From Dehalococcoidia bacterium (GTDB taxonomy: Bacteria > Chloroflexota > Dehalococcoidia > Lucifugimonadales > UBA3495): a DNA stretch of 64,000 nt. Below are positions 50,103-59,141 of the stretch, piece by piece (the stretch's first letter is position 1; each line of letters begins with the position of its first letter). The translations under genes were made by a program, and so were the position numbers. The stretch is taken from assembly GCA_003523055.1 (NCBI GenBank), contig DPHC01000002.1, forward strand, positions 282,041 to 346,040, given 5' to 3'. Below the pieces are notes generated by a model. The model worked only from the letters and a program-made list of their open reading frames with translations. It was not told where the DNA came from and made no database searches.

Positions 50103-50330
50103 ATGGCTGAACAAGTTGATGAGATTATTATCTACACACACCCAGACTGCGCATTTTCTGCTGCTGCCAAGGCAGATTATCGAAGAAGCAAAACCGAGTA
50201 CACAGAAGTGGACCTAGCTAAAGAACCGGACAAGATTCCTGATCTTACTTCTTTAACATCCGGAGAGCGCATTACCCCTGTTATTGTAAAAAATGGAGAA
50301 GTAACTATAGGCTACAAAGGCGGATATTGA
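50103..50330 (+). CDS. glutaredoxin/NrdH-like thioredoxin-fold protein with single active-site Cys (CAFS)
   Basis: 75 aa with an AAGGAG SD. IIIYTHPDCAFSAAAK...TPVIV..G....G matches the glutaredoxin fold. The second Cys of CxxC is replaced by Ser. Confidence 0.7.
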   Translation: MAEQVDEIIIYTHPDCAFSAAAKADYRRSKTEYTEVDLAKEPDKIPDLTSLTSGERITPVIVKNGEVTIGYKGGY

Positions 50331-50359
50331 GACTTCTAACGACTCAAGTTTGAGTCATA

Positions 50360-50373
50360 AAAACATCTGTTCT
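50360..50373 (+). promoter_or_regulatory. SOS (LexA) box 1 upstream of recA
   Basis: AAAACATCTGTTCT, which on the opposite strand reads AGAACAGATGTTTT (GAAC-N4-GTTT). The half-sites are the same as in the lexA box. Confidence 0.65.
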
Positions 50374-50392
50374 AGTAGGCTATTTACAAAAT

Positions 50393-50406
50393 AGAACATT
50401 TGTACT
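50393..50406 (+). promoter_or_regulatory. SOS (LexA) box 2 upstream of recA
   Basis: AGAACATTTGTACT (GAAC-N4-GTAC). It lies in the spacer of a possible TTTACA (50383-88)-17-TATCCT promoter. Confidence 0.55.
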
Positions 50407-50441
50407 ATCCTGTTACCAATACATATAAATAAGGTGTAATT

Positions 50442-51524
50442 ATGAAAGAAAAACCGTCGGATACAGAACTTAACCAATCGGCTCTTGACATAGCAATCTC
50501 TAGTATAGAAAAGGATCATGGCAAAGGCGCCATTATGAAATTGGGAGATAAAGCAAATAAAATTCAAACCCAAAGCATCCCGACTGGATCATTAACTCTA
50601 GATTTTGCGTTAGGTGTTGGTGGATTACCTAGAGGTAGAGTCACCGAAATCTACGGGGCTGAATCTGCTGGTAAATCAACGCTTGCAATCCATTTCATGG
50701 CAGAAACCCAAAGGGCAGGAGGAGTAGCCGCATATATAGACGCCGAACATGCCTTCGATCCAGCTTACGCAACAAAGTGCGGATTGGACGCCAAGAATTT
50801 ATTGATATCACAACCAGATAGCGGTGAGCAAGCATTAGACATTACAGAACAACTAGTCAGGAGTGGTGCAATAGACAGTCTAGTCATCGACAGCGTGGCC
50901 GCGTTGGTTCCGCAAGCTGAAATAGACGGTGACATTGGGGACACTCACGTAGGCCTGCAGGCGAGGCTGATGTCTCAAGCTTTAAGAAAATTAACCAGTC
51001 AAATCAACAAATCTCGCACTGCTGTTGTATTTATTAACCAGTTACGAGAAAAAATCGGTGTTTATTATGGCAGTCCAGAAGTCACTCCAGGTGGTAGAGC
51101 TTTAAAATTTTATAGCTCCGTTAGAATTGATCTGAGAAGAGCAGAATCTATAAAACAGGGCTCAGAAATAATTGGCAACAGAGTAAGAGCTCGTGTCGTT
51201 AAAAACAAAGTGGCAGCTCCATTTAAAGTTGCAGAATTCGACATAATGTTTGGGTCAGGTATAAGCAAGACTGGAGATTTGATTGAATTAGGAGTTACAG
51301 AAGGATTAATAAAAAAGTCCGGAGCATTTTACTCTTACCAAGAAACTAAACTAGGGCAAGGCAGAGAGGCTGCAAAATCTTTCTTGGAAGAAAATTCCTC
51401 GGTCATGTCAGAAATAGAAGGCCTTTTAAGAACAAAGCAAAATCGACAGGATGAGCCAATTGAACAATCGTCTGAAGTGACAAAACTAGAAGACGATTTA
51501 AAACTTTTAACTAATAACGAATAG
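50442..51524 (+). CDS. recA: recombinase RecA
   Basis: 360 aa. Features are [22 protein letters not shown], the Walker [26 protein letters not shown] and [11 protein letters not shown]. Confidence 0.97.
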   Translation: MKEKPSDTELNQSALDIAISSIEKDHGKGAIMKLGDKANKIQTQSIPTGSLTLDFALGVGGLPRGRVTEIYGAESAGKSTLAIHFMAETQRAGGVAAYIDAEHAFDPAYATKCGLDAKNLLISQPDSGEQALDITEQLVRSGAIDSLVIDSVAALVPQAEIDGDIGDTHVGLQARLMSQALRKLTSQINKSRTAVVFINQLREKIGVYYGSPEVTPGGRALKFYSSVRIDLRRAESIKQGSEIIGNRVRARVVKNKVAAPFKVAEFDIMFGSGISKTGDLIELGVTEGLIKKSGAFYSYQETKLGQGREAAKSFLEENSSVMSEIEGLLRTKQNRQDEPIEQSSEVTKLEDDLKLLTNNE

Positions 51525-51529
51525 GGCAA

Positions 51530-52030
51530 TTATTGCAATTTATATTTGGCTATAAGGATTCCACATCCTATTCCTGCGATAGTATAAATAGATAAAAAGG
51601 TTGAATCGAATATAAGTATCCCTACTAAGCTCAAAACGAGACTTAGAGATACGGTACCAAACAATAGATTCGACCTTTTTTGTCTTATTATTGCATTAAT
51701 TGCCATGGTAAGGGCCCACCCCATAAATACAGGATATATCAAATGCGTGATGTAATAGCTACCTCTAGAATACCCAAACAAATCAACAATCAGAACTGTA
51801 AGGCTAATCCAAAAAACTACCAAAACTGGAATGGCTGCCACACAAATACTAATAGCAATGATCTGGTGTCCAATGGGTATATTATATATCGGGTTTTTAA
51901 ATACGGTAATGCATTCTTTACATTTTATCCCTATGCTGTCATCGCCAACACAAGATAAGCAAATGGGCTTCGAGCACTTACCACAAAACATTGAGGTTTC
52001 AATTTTCAAATGTATAAAACAATGATTCAT
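51530..52030 (-). CDS. hypothetical membrane protein with N-terminal Cys-rich (B-box-like) zinc finger
   Basis: 166 aa. The N-terminus CFIH...CGKCSKPICLSCV...CKEC is followed by about four TM helices. It overlaps the stop of the upstream PlsY-like gene by 4 nt. Confidence 0.5.
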   Translation of the reverse strand: MNHCFIHLKIETSMFCGKCSKPICLSCVGDDSIGIKCKECITVFKNPIYNIPIGHQIIAISICVAAIPVLVVFWISLTVLIVDLFGYSRGSYYITHLIYPVFMGWALTMAINAIIRQKRSNLLFGTVSLSLVLSLVGILIFDSTFLSIYTIAGIGCGILIAKYKLQ

Positions 52031-52659
52031 ACATTGTCTCTATCAAATAACAATCTATTAAATAACAATCGCGTGTTCATTTGGGGTAATTTCAAGATTT
52101 GATTGGCCGTGACACGTTTACTTAACATGATGCAAACCAATAGGCCTAATAAAGCTTGTGTCGTCAAATCACCATATCCCATTATAGGCAGAAGAATTAA
52201 TGCAAGTGCCACAAATGGTGCAGTATCTTCATCCATCAACATACTACAAAGAGGAATTGTAACTACAAACATCCATACGATAGGATTCCAAAACACTAAA
52301 GACAAATACAATATCAAAACGCTTCTGCCGCCTTTCATTTTTGTAAAAATCGACCAAGCATTACCGGTTACCACACAAATAATAGTCAATAATTTTACTA
52401 TTTCACCATCACCGATATCTATCTTAGATATCACAATGTTACTTACAACCATTGGGATCAAAACTTTTATAATAAACTCTGAGAATAGTAATAGTATTCC
52501 CGCTGTTTTTCCTACATTTTTAAACGTATATGTGAATCCAAAGTTGCCGGTTGTTAGTGGTTTTTTGTTCCAGATAGTGCAAATCAAGAATGCTGTGGGT
52601 ATAGATCCCAATAACCAACATGATACCAAAAACAACATAATAATGAGAGTTAAAGGCAA
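52027..52659 (-). CDS. PlsY-family-like membrane protein (highly divergent second paralog)
   Basis: 210 aa. It has LGSIPTAFLI and GNAWSIFTKMKGGRSV, which is the FKGGKG-type motif with the usual His replaced by Asn. The protein is polytopic. Confidence 0.55.
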   Translation of the reverse strand: MPLTLIIMLFLVSCWLLGSIPTAFLICTIWNKKPLTTGNFGFTYTFKNVGKTAGILLLFSEFIIKVLIPMVVSNIVISKIDIGDGEIVKLLTIICVVTGNAWSIFTKMKGGRSVLILYLSLVFWNPIVWMFVVTIPLCSMLMDEDTAPFVALALILLPIMGYGDLTTQALLGLLVCIMLSKRVTANQILKLPQMNTRLLFNRLLFDRDNV

Positions 52660-52663
52660 TGAA

Positions 52664-53482
52664 CTATCTCTTAGTTAATTTTTCCACACTACTCATCGGT
52701 GGGCCAATATGTCCTGGCAAGGTCTCTCCAGTGTTTCCCAACCCATGATAATCACTGCCTCCACAAGGAATTAAATCAAATTTTTGGCTAAGTCGTAGTA
52801 AATTATTAACGATGGTTTCGTCGTAGCCAGGGTAAAATATTTCAATTCCATCTAATCCGTGATTTTTTAGTGATTCTATGTGGTTTGCTTTATTAGATAG
52901 TTCATTGGGGTGAGCCAAAACTGCCTTACCTCCTACTGATTTTATCAGTTCTATTCCTTCAAATGGTGTCATTTTGGGGACTTCAACGTATGCTAAGCCT
53001 GTACGATTGAGATGGTTCTTAAAAGCCTGTTTAGGTTCAGTGAAATATCCTTTCTCAACAAGAGCCAATGCTAGATGAGGCCGACCTATAGTACCTTCTC
53101 CTGCTATTTCTTTCACTCTGTTCCAGGTGATGTGCATACCTAATTCTGATAATTTTTGGATCATTAATTGGGCCCGATCCACTCTACCAGCACGAAATTC
53201 TAGTAATTTATTTTGGAACTGTTGGTTTTTATAATCAATATAATAGCCTAATATATGAATTTCATCGTCAGGTATGTCTGTGCTTAGTTCAATGCCTGGT
53301 ATTAAAGTTAATGAGGGATGTTGTTTGATTATAGTAAAGGCTTGGTCCAACCCATTAGTAGTGTCATGGTCTGTGATAGATATAACTTTAAGCTTGGTAG
53401 TACTGATAAATTCAATAAGCTGATGCACTGACATTCTGCCGTCGGATTCTCTCGTATGAAGGTGTAAATCAACTAAAGACAT
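52664..53482 (-). CDS. PHP-domain metal-dependent phosphoesterase (TrpH/YciV-like)
   Basis: 272 aa. Motifs are VDLHLHTRESDG, ISITDHD, LAHP and GGSDYHG. Confidence 0.85.
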   Translation of the reverse strand: MSLVDLHLHTRESDGRMSVHQLIEFISTTKLKVISITDHDTTNGLDQAFTIIKQHPSLTLIPGIELSTDIPDDEIHILGYYIDYKNQQFQNKLLEFRAGRVDRAQLMIQKLSELGMHITWNRVKEIAGEGTIGRPHLALALVEKGYFTEPKQAFKNHLNRTGLAYVEVPKMTPFEGIELIKSVGGKAVLAHPNELSNKANHIESLKNHGLDGIEIFYPGYDETIVNNLLRLSQKFDLIPCGGSDYHGLGNTGETLPGHIGPPMSSVEKLTKR

Positions 53483-53544
53483 TGCCTTTACCTTAATTAG
53501 TTATCAAATTCTTCAAACCGGGAAGGAGTACATTCACAAACAAA

Positions 53545-55077
53545 TTATTGAGCGTACTCCGTATTCCTTGTTTCTCTGATTACTGTAACTTTAATTTGAC
53601 CGGGGTATATGAGCTCTTTTTCAACTTTACTGGCTATATTCCGCGCCAAGTCGGCTGACATTACATCATCAATATCATCGGGTTTCACCAATACTCTAAC
53701 TTCTCTGCCTGCTTGTATGGCAAAAGCTCTTTCTACACCTTCAAAGCTGGTAGCTGCTATTTCTAAATCTTGTAAGCGTTGTACGTACAATTCAGTAGAT
53801 TCTTTCCTAGCTCCTGGTCTAGCAGCGCTCAAAGTGTCTGCAGCTGAAACTAAAAAGGATTCATCGGTATTGTGGTGATCATCATGATGTTCTGATATAG
53901 CCATGCATACTCTTTGATTAATTCCATATCTTTCAACCAATTCGGCTCCAATTTGTGCATGAGGGCCTGGGACCTCATGGGTTAGAGCTTTCCCTATGTC
54001 ATGCAACAAACCTCCGAGTTTTGCTTCTTCTATATTAGCTCCAATTTCCGCTGCCATTATTCCTGACATCAGTCCGACTTCCAAACAATGCTTCAGTACA
54101 TTTTCTCCATAACTGAACCTGAATTTCAATCTGCCTAGATGTCGTATTATTTCTGGATCAAGTCCACTTATCCCGATGTCAAAAACGGCTTGTTCACCAG
54201 CTTTCCAAATAGTTTGCTCAACATCTTCAGTTGCACGATGAACAGTTTCTTCAATACGAGTCGGCTGTATTCTTCCATCTGATATAAGCTTCTCAAGAGA
54301 TAGTTTAGCAATTTCTCTTCTTATAGGGTCAAAACATGAGACTGTTACCACACCCGGAGTATCATCAATCATCACATCCACTCCAGTAAGTGATTCTAGG
54401 GTCCTTATGTTCCGTCCTTCGCGTCCAATGAGACGACCTTTCATGTCATCACTTGGTAGGTGCACTACAGATGTAGTACCTTCAGAAACTACATCTGTGG
54501 ACAATCTATTAATCGCTAACGTCAATACATTACGAGCCACAACATCGGCTTGAGATTTAAACTCTCGCTCGATACGAACATTTCTTTTTGCTAACTCATA
54601 TTTAGTGTCTTCTTCCGCTTTAGCCAAAATTTGGCTTCTAGCCTCTTCTGATGAAAGGGAAGCTATTTGTTCTAAATCTAGCAAAACCTTTTCTTTGGTT
54701 TCATCTAGATCTTTTTGAGAAGATTCCAGCTGTTCTCTTTCTTCAGATAATTCGTTCTCTTTACTTTCTAGATCTACAGATTTTTGTTCTATAGCTTCTT
54801 CTCGTTGTAAGTAACGACTTTCCAACCTATTTAATTCTTGACGTTGTGCTTTTAATTCGTTCTCATTTTCAGTACGTACTTGAAGAGCTTGCTCCTGGGC
54901 CTCAAGCACCAGTCGCCGTTTCTCTTCTTCGGCTTGGTTAAGTACATTAGCTGAGTATTGCTTTGCATTCTCAACTATTTTACCGTCTGATTTCAATTTT
55001 AGATAAAACCAAACTACAAAAACGGTTCCAGCTACACCTATAACCGCTAGGACGGAAATTAGAATAGTATCTAACAC
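53545..55077 (-). CDS. rny: ribonuclease Y
   Basis: 510 aa with a GTG start after AAGGAAGG. It has an N-terminal TM anchor, a coiled-coil region, a KH domain (GRLIGREGRNIRTLE) and an HD domain (LLHDIGK). Confidence 0.94.
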   Translation of the reverse strand: MLDTILISVLAVIGVAGTVFVVWFYLKLKSDGKIVENAKQYSANVLNQAEEEKRRLVLEAQEQALQVRTENENELKAQRQELNRLESRYLQREEAIEQKSVDLESKENELSEEREQLESSQKDLDETKEKVLLDLEQIASLSSEEARSQILAKAEEDTKYELAKRNVRIEREFKSQADVVARNVLTLAINRLSTDVVSEGTTSVVHLPSDDMKGRLIGREGRNIRTLESLTGVDVMIDDTPGVVTVSCFDPIRREIAKLSLEKLISDGRIQPTRIEETVHRATEDVEQTIWKAGEQAVFDIGISGLDPEIIRHLGRLKFRFSYGENVLKHCLEVGLMSGIMAAEIGANIEEAKLGGLLHDIGKALTHEVPGPHAQIGAELVERYGINQRVCMAISEHHDDHHNTDESFLVSAADTLSAARPGARKESTELYVQRLQDLEIAATSFEGVERAFAIQAGREVRVLVKPDDIDDVMSADLARNIASKVEKELIYPGQIKVTVIRETRNTEYAQ

Positions 55078-55184
55078 TATTATCCTTCCTTATTCCGTCA
55101 ATTTATTTGCGTATTACTAATTCAATCCTACCCAACCAATTTTCTAGTGTCAAGGTATTTATTAATGAAATTGATGGTATTCTC

Positions 55185-55213
55185 TTGAGTGGAGTGTCCC
55201 CATCACTTATAAT
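55185..55213 (+). promoter_or_regulatory. candidate sigma-70 promoter for dnaJ-prmA operon
   Basis: TTGAGT (55185-90), a 17-nt spacer, then a perfect TATAAT (55208-13). It lies 32 nt upstream of the dnaJ ATG. Confidence 0.5.
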
Positions 55214-55244
55214 CTTTATAGTAAGTAGACAATTAGAGGAAAAT

Positions 55245-56408
55245 ATGCCTGAAGATTATTATCAAACACTTGGAGTTTCACGATCAGACAGCACTGAAGA
55301 CATTCGTAAAGGTTTCCGACAGAAAGCAATGGAATATCATCCAGACAGGAATAAAACTGAAGGTGCATCAGACAAATTCAAGGAAATAAATGAAGCATAT
55401 CAAGTGCTTTCTGACCCTAAAAAGAAAGCACAATACGATCAATTTGGTCATGCTGGCGTAAATGGGAATAGGTCAGGAGGATCACCATTCGATGGCTTTG
55501 ATGGATTCGGAGGCTTTGGTGACATTTTTGATTCATTTTTTGGAGGATCTTCTAGAAGAAACGCAAACCAACCTACTCAAGGACAAGATATCTACGTATC
55601 TCTCGAACTAGACTTTGAAGAATCAGTGTTCGGAGTTGATAAGACCATCAGTATAAATAGACTAGAAGTGTGCGACACTTGTGATGGATCTCGGGCTAAA
55701 AACGGATCTACACCATTAATTTGCTCTACTTGCAACGGCCAGGGCCAAGTACGTAGAAGCCAAAAAAGTGTCTTTGGACAATTCACACAAGTAGTAGGAT
55801 GCTCTGCCTGCCAAGCGACCGGTAAAATTATTGATGACCCGTGCACAGATTGCAAAGGTAATGGAATCGTAAATATTACCCGTAACACCACCATAGAAAT
55901 TCCTCAAGGAATCGAAAATGGAATGCAAGTCAGAATGACTGGGTGGGGTAACCACGGTACTAACGGCGGCCCATCAGGAAATTTATATGTAGAAACGCTA
56001 GTATCTACACACAAAACTTTCACTAGACGGAAATTTGATTTAATTTACCAATTGCCCTTAAATATTGCAGAAGCATCCATTGGAGCAAGCGTAATAGTAC
56101 CGACTTTAGAAGATGATGGACATATTTTGAAAATCCCAGCAGGCACTCAGTTTGGTGACGTTCTAACTATTAAAGGAAAAGGTGTGCCACATTTACGAGG
56201 CAATGGCAGAGGGGACATAAAAGTGATAACCAATGTTAATGTACCTAAAAAACTGTCTAAATACCAAAAAGAGTTATTGGCTAAATTAAGCCAAAGCCTG
56301 AACGGCACAGCAGACACCTCAGAAACTGCTTACGATCATGGCAGTGTAGACAGCGACTTTGAGGACGATAAAGGCCTAATTAATAAAATTAAAGACATTT
56401 TAACGTGA
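55245..56408 (+). CDS. dnaJ: molecular chaperone DnaJ (type I, with Zn-finger domain)
   Basis: The J domain starts at MPEDYYQTLGV...YHPD. A G/F region follows, then four CxxCxGxG repeats (CDTCDGSR, CSTCNGQG, CSACQATG, CTDCKGNG). The track ORF begins at 55107, but AGAGGA precedes the ATG at 55245. Confidence 0.94.
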   Translation: MPEDYYQTLGVSRSDSTEDIRKGFRQKAMEYHPDRNKTEGASDKFKEINEAYQVLSDPKKKAQYDQFGHAGVNGNRSGGSPFDGFDGFGGFGDIFDSFFGGSSRRNANQPTQGQDIYVSLELDFEESVFGVDKTISINRLEVCDTCDGSRAKNGSTPLICSTCNGQGQVRRSQKSVFGQFTQVVGCSACQATGKIIDDPCTDCKGNGIVNITRNTTIEIPQGIENGMQVRMTGWGNHGTNGGPSGNLYVETLVSTHKTFTRRKFDLIYQLPLNIAEASIGASVIVPTLEDDGHILKIPAGTQFGDVLTIKGKGVPHLRGNGRGDIKVITNVNVPKKLSKYQKELLAKLSQSLNGTADTSETAYDHGSVDSDFEDDKGLINKIKDILT

Positions 56409-56489
56409 TTTAGACAAAGTTATCGCATGATATTATAATCCAAACACCAGTATTAACCACTGGAATCTGAAGTTTAATTAAAGTTATAT

Positions 56490-57353
56490 ATGGCTTGGCA
56501 ACAAATAAGCATAAACGTACCTCATGAATTTGTAGAACCTATTTCATATGTGTTCGAAAGGTATGGTCATGGCGTTGGCATACAATCACTAGGTCCGGAT
56601 ACAGCAGCTATTACAACTTTCCTTCCTACCGAATCCCAATCTAGAATGGCTAGGATTGAAATAGGAGTTAATCTGGCTAAGTCCATAGCTCCTTTAGGTG
56701 ACTTGAACATAACCCTGCTAGACAGTGACACCGATTGGAGAAATGCTTGGAAGCAACATTTTTCTGTATTGAAAATCACTGATTCGATTATTATAAAACC
56801 TTCATGGTTAGACTATGAGCCTAAAAGTTCTGACATAGTAATCGAACTAGATCCGGGCTTTGCTTTTGGCACTGGATACCACCCAACAACTCATAGTTGT
56901 TTGATTTTATTGGAAAAATATCTCACTGAACATTCCTCAGTTCTAGACTTTGGTACAGGATCTGGAATTCTCTCCATAGCTGCAGCTAAACTTGCTTCAA
57001 GTCAGATATCTGCAATTGATATTGACCCAATGTGCATAAAATCAGCCAAAAAAAATTCATCTAGATGTGGCACAACTGAGTTAATCAATTTTTACACAGG
57101 TACTCTACCTCATAAAAATATTCACAATTCTGAATATGACTACGTAGTTGCTAACATTTCTGCTAGGATAGGTATAGAAAAATCCTCGGAAATGTTAGAT
57201 GCCTTAAAATCAGGAGGAATTTTGATACTTTCTGGTATTATAAACAACCAAGCTATTGAAACAAAGAAACATTTTCAAACCAAATCTCAAATTGTTGAAG
57301 AGTACTGGAAAGAAGATTGGGTTACATTTGTGATTAAAAAGTTCAATGAATAA
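56490..57353 (+). CDS. prmA: ribosomal protein L11 methyltransferase
   Basis: 287 aa. Motifs are IELDPGFAFGTGYHPTT and VLDFGTGSGILSI. Its position after dnaJ is the conserved one. Confidence 0.9.
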   Translation: MAWQQISINVPHEFVEPISYVFERYGHGVGIQSLGPDTAAITTFLPTESQSRMARIEIGVNLAKSIAPLGDLNITLLDSDTDWRNAWKQHFSVLKITDSIIIKPSWLDYEPKSSDIVIELDPGFAFGTGYHPTTHSCLILLEKYLTEHSSVLDFGTGSGILSIAAAKLASSQISAIDIDPMCIKSAKKNSSRCGTTELINFYTGTLPHKNIHNSEYDYVVANISARIGIEKSSEMLDALKSGGILILSGIINNQAIETKKHFQTKSQIVEEYWKEDWVTFVIKKFNE

Positions 57354-58362
57354 TCTAGATTTAAACAAATATACTAAGACACGTATATTAGGGAATGGCG
57401 CTGACTATGAAGTTAGTTTGGGCGAGAATGAAGAAACACATAAAAGCATAGTATTTAAAAGACCCAATCCTCATGTTATCTTGAAAAACTTGCATGCATC
57501 GACTGAAAATAGAACAAAAAACATGTTAGATTTCCATGCACTGATTGGTAATAAAGTCCGGGGAATTTCTCCTATAATTGGATCTGCCAATAACTCAGAT
57601 ACCAATATGCATTTTTATGAAGATGAGCTGCATAATGATTATACAGTAATTGCGCAAAAACGAGCACCCGGATTTCCATTAAATGCAGATGTACGAGCTA
57701 GAATATTGAAAGTCCCCACAGGAATTGGTCAGACCATGTTTTCATTATTCCCAATTGGTCTATCTCAGGCATTGGATATATTCACGGTTCCCAAACAAAT
57801 AATGGCTATCCAAACAGCAGTATTTGAACAAGGTTTCATTATTTTAGATTTAAATCCTCAAAATGTATTTTACTCTCCTTTGCTGGATACCATAAATATC
57901 ATAGACACTGCTGATATTTATAATCTAAACGGAGAGAACGACAACAAATTATCCAATAAATCAATCTTCGATTATTACATCGAATTTATACGATATTACA
58001 TTGCATCTGAAGATATACCTAAGCAAATAGAAGGTTATACGGAGCCTAGAGGTACTCGCCCTTATTTTGATATTAATATAGAAATAAATGAATTGAAAGA
58101 AACATTTTTAAACAGTGGAATTACCGAAAAAATGTCAATGATTGATATTTTAGACAAAATACAATTAAAAGCATATTCTTCAATACATGAATTTAATAGA
58201 GACATAAATGCATACTTTGAAACAATAAGACAAAGATGGGTTCATATGGACGATTTAAGCACTCTACAATCTGTTTGGCTAGAATGTTTGGATTTTTTCA
58301 AGATTCCTCATTGGAATAAATACGATTTTAATCACGAAACCGAATTGAAAAAGTTTTTGTGA
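57346..58362 (+). CDS. hypothetical protein with divergent protein-kinase-like motifs
   Basis: 338 aa. It has a G-loop-like LGNGADYEV, a Lys in IVFKRP, a catalytic-loop-like ILDLNPQNVFY and a DFG-like IIDTAD. The ATG overlaps the prmA stop (ATGAATAA). Confidence 0.5.
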   Translation: MNNLDLNKYTKTRILGNGADYEVSLGENEETHKSIVFKRPNPHVILKNLHASTENRTKNMLDFHALIGNKVRGISPIIGSANNSDTNMHFYEDELHNDYTVIAQKRAPGFPLNADVRARILKVPTGIGQTMFSLFPIGLSQALDIFTVPKQIMAIQTAVFEQGFIILDLNPQNVFYSPLLDTINIIDTADIYNLNGENDNKLSNKSIFDYYIEFIRYYIASEDIPKQIEGYTEPRGTRPYFDINIEINELKETFLNSGITEKMSMIDILDKIQLKAYSSIHEFNRDINAYFETIRQRWVHMDDLSTLQSVWLECLDFFKIPHWNKYDFNHETELKKFL

Positions 58363-58385
58363 ACTTCAACATCAAGGAGAGAGAG

Positions 58386-59057
58386 ATGAACAGCGAGGTT
58401 TCCATACAACAGAATAATTCAGTCCATGGCGATGATTCTTATTATTCCAACTCTGACAATCCAGAGTTGATAATAGATGCTGTCATGGATGGAGTCACAG
58501 ACCATGGCGGAGCAGAAGCAAGCTCTACCTTATCCAAAAAACTAGAAACAGAAAACGTTCAGTCAATGGACGATGTAAACGAGATTTTACTAAATCTTAA
58601 TGAAGAATTTTTTAGGATAGGAGCTGGAAGATTCCTATTAACCACAGCCTCTATAGCAATAACAACTGATAATACACTTACCATTTCAACTGTGGGAGAT
58701 AGTCCAGTATATTTAATTCATGACAACGAATTTCAACAAATATCAGGAAGAGTAGGCGGGCTGTTAAAATTGAATACTTCTTCAGCCATAGGGGCTAAGG
58801 AACAACTTAACATCTTTAAATTCCAAACTGTCATATCATCAGGCGATAAATTGCTGATAGTGTCTGATGGCATAAGCGACAACTTAACGCTTTCTGAAAT
58901 TAACGAAGCTATGGTTAACAACGACCATCCTGATACTCTGAGTAGTTATTTAGAACAAACCTCATCTGAACGAACCCAACGAGGCGGCACACCTCCGGCT
59001 ATGCGAGGAAGAGTTCGAACTGACGATAAGACAATAATCACTAGATATTACCAATAA
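58386..59057 (+). CDS. PP2C-family (PPM) protein phosphatase-like protein
   Basis: Motifs are GDDSY, VMDGVTDHGGAEAS, VGDSPVYL, LLIVSDGISDNL and TDDKTII. The track ORF starts at GTG 58359. ATG 58386 follows AAGGAG with 6-nt spacing. Confidence 0.7.
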   Translation: MNSEVSIQQNNSVHGDDSYYSNSDNPELIIDAVMDGVTDHGGAEASSTLSKKLETENVQSMDDVNEILLNLNEEFFRIGAGRFLLTTASIAITTDNTLTISTVGDSPVYLIHDNEFQQISGRVGGLLKLNTSSAIGAKEQLNIFKFQTVISSGDKLLIVSDGISDNLTLSEINEAMVNNDHPDTLSSYLEQTSSERTQRGGTPPAMRGRVRTDDKTIITRYYQ

Positions 59058-59141
59058 AACTGTTTCTTTTAAGTAAGGTTGTTGTTTAAAAAAACGGTAA
59101 CTGTTAAAATTTTTATTTAGTATTACAAAAGGGAGACAATT

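Noticed and set aside
50355-50573. 72-aa minus-strand ORF across the recA promoter and start
   Set aside because: It overlaps the SOS boxes and the recA N-terminus. It has no SD and its composition is that of AT-rich non-coding DNA.
52103-52678. 191-aa plus-strand ORF
   Set aside because: It is antisense to the PlsY-like gene. The minus-strand frame has family motifs and operon context with overlapping stops and starts.
55078-55244. Possible HAIR (HspR) or CIRCE element upstream of dnaJ, based on CTTGAGT
   Set aside because: No ACTCAAG partner follows at N7. The TTGAGT is better explained as a -35 hexamer, 17 nt from a perfect TATAAT.
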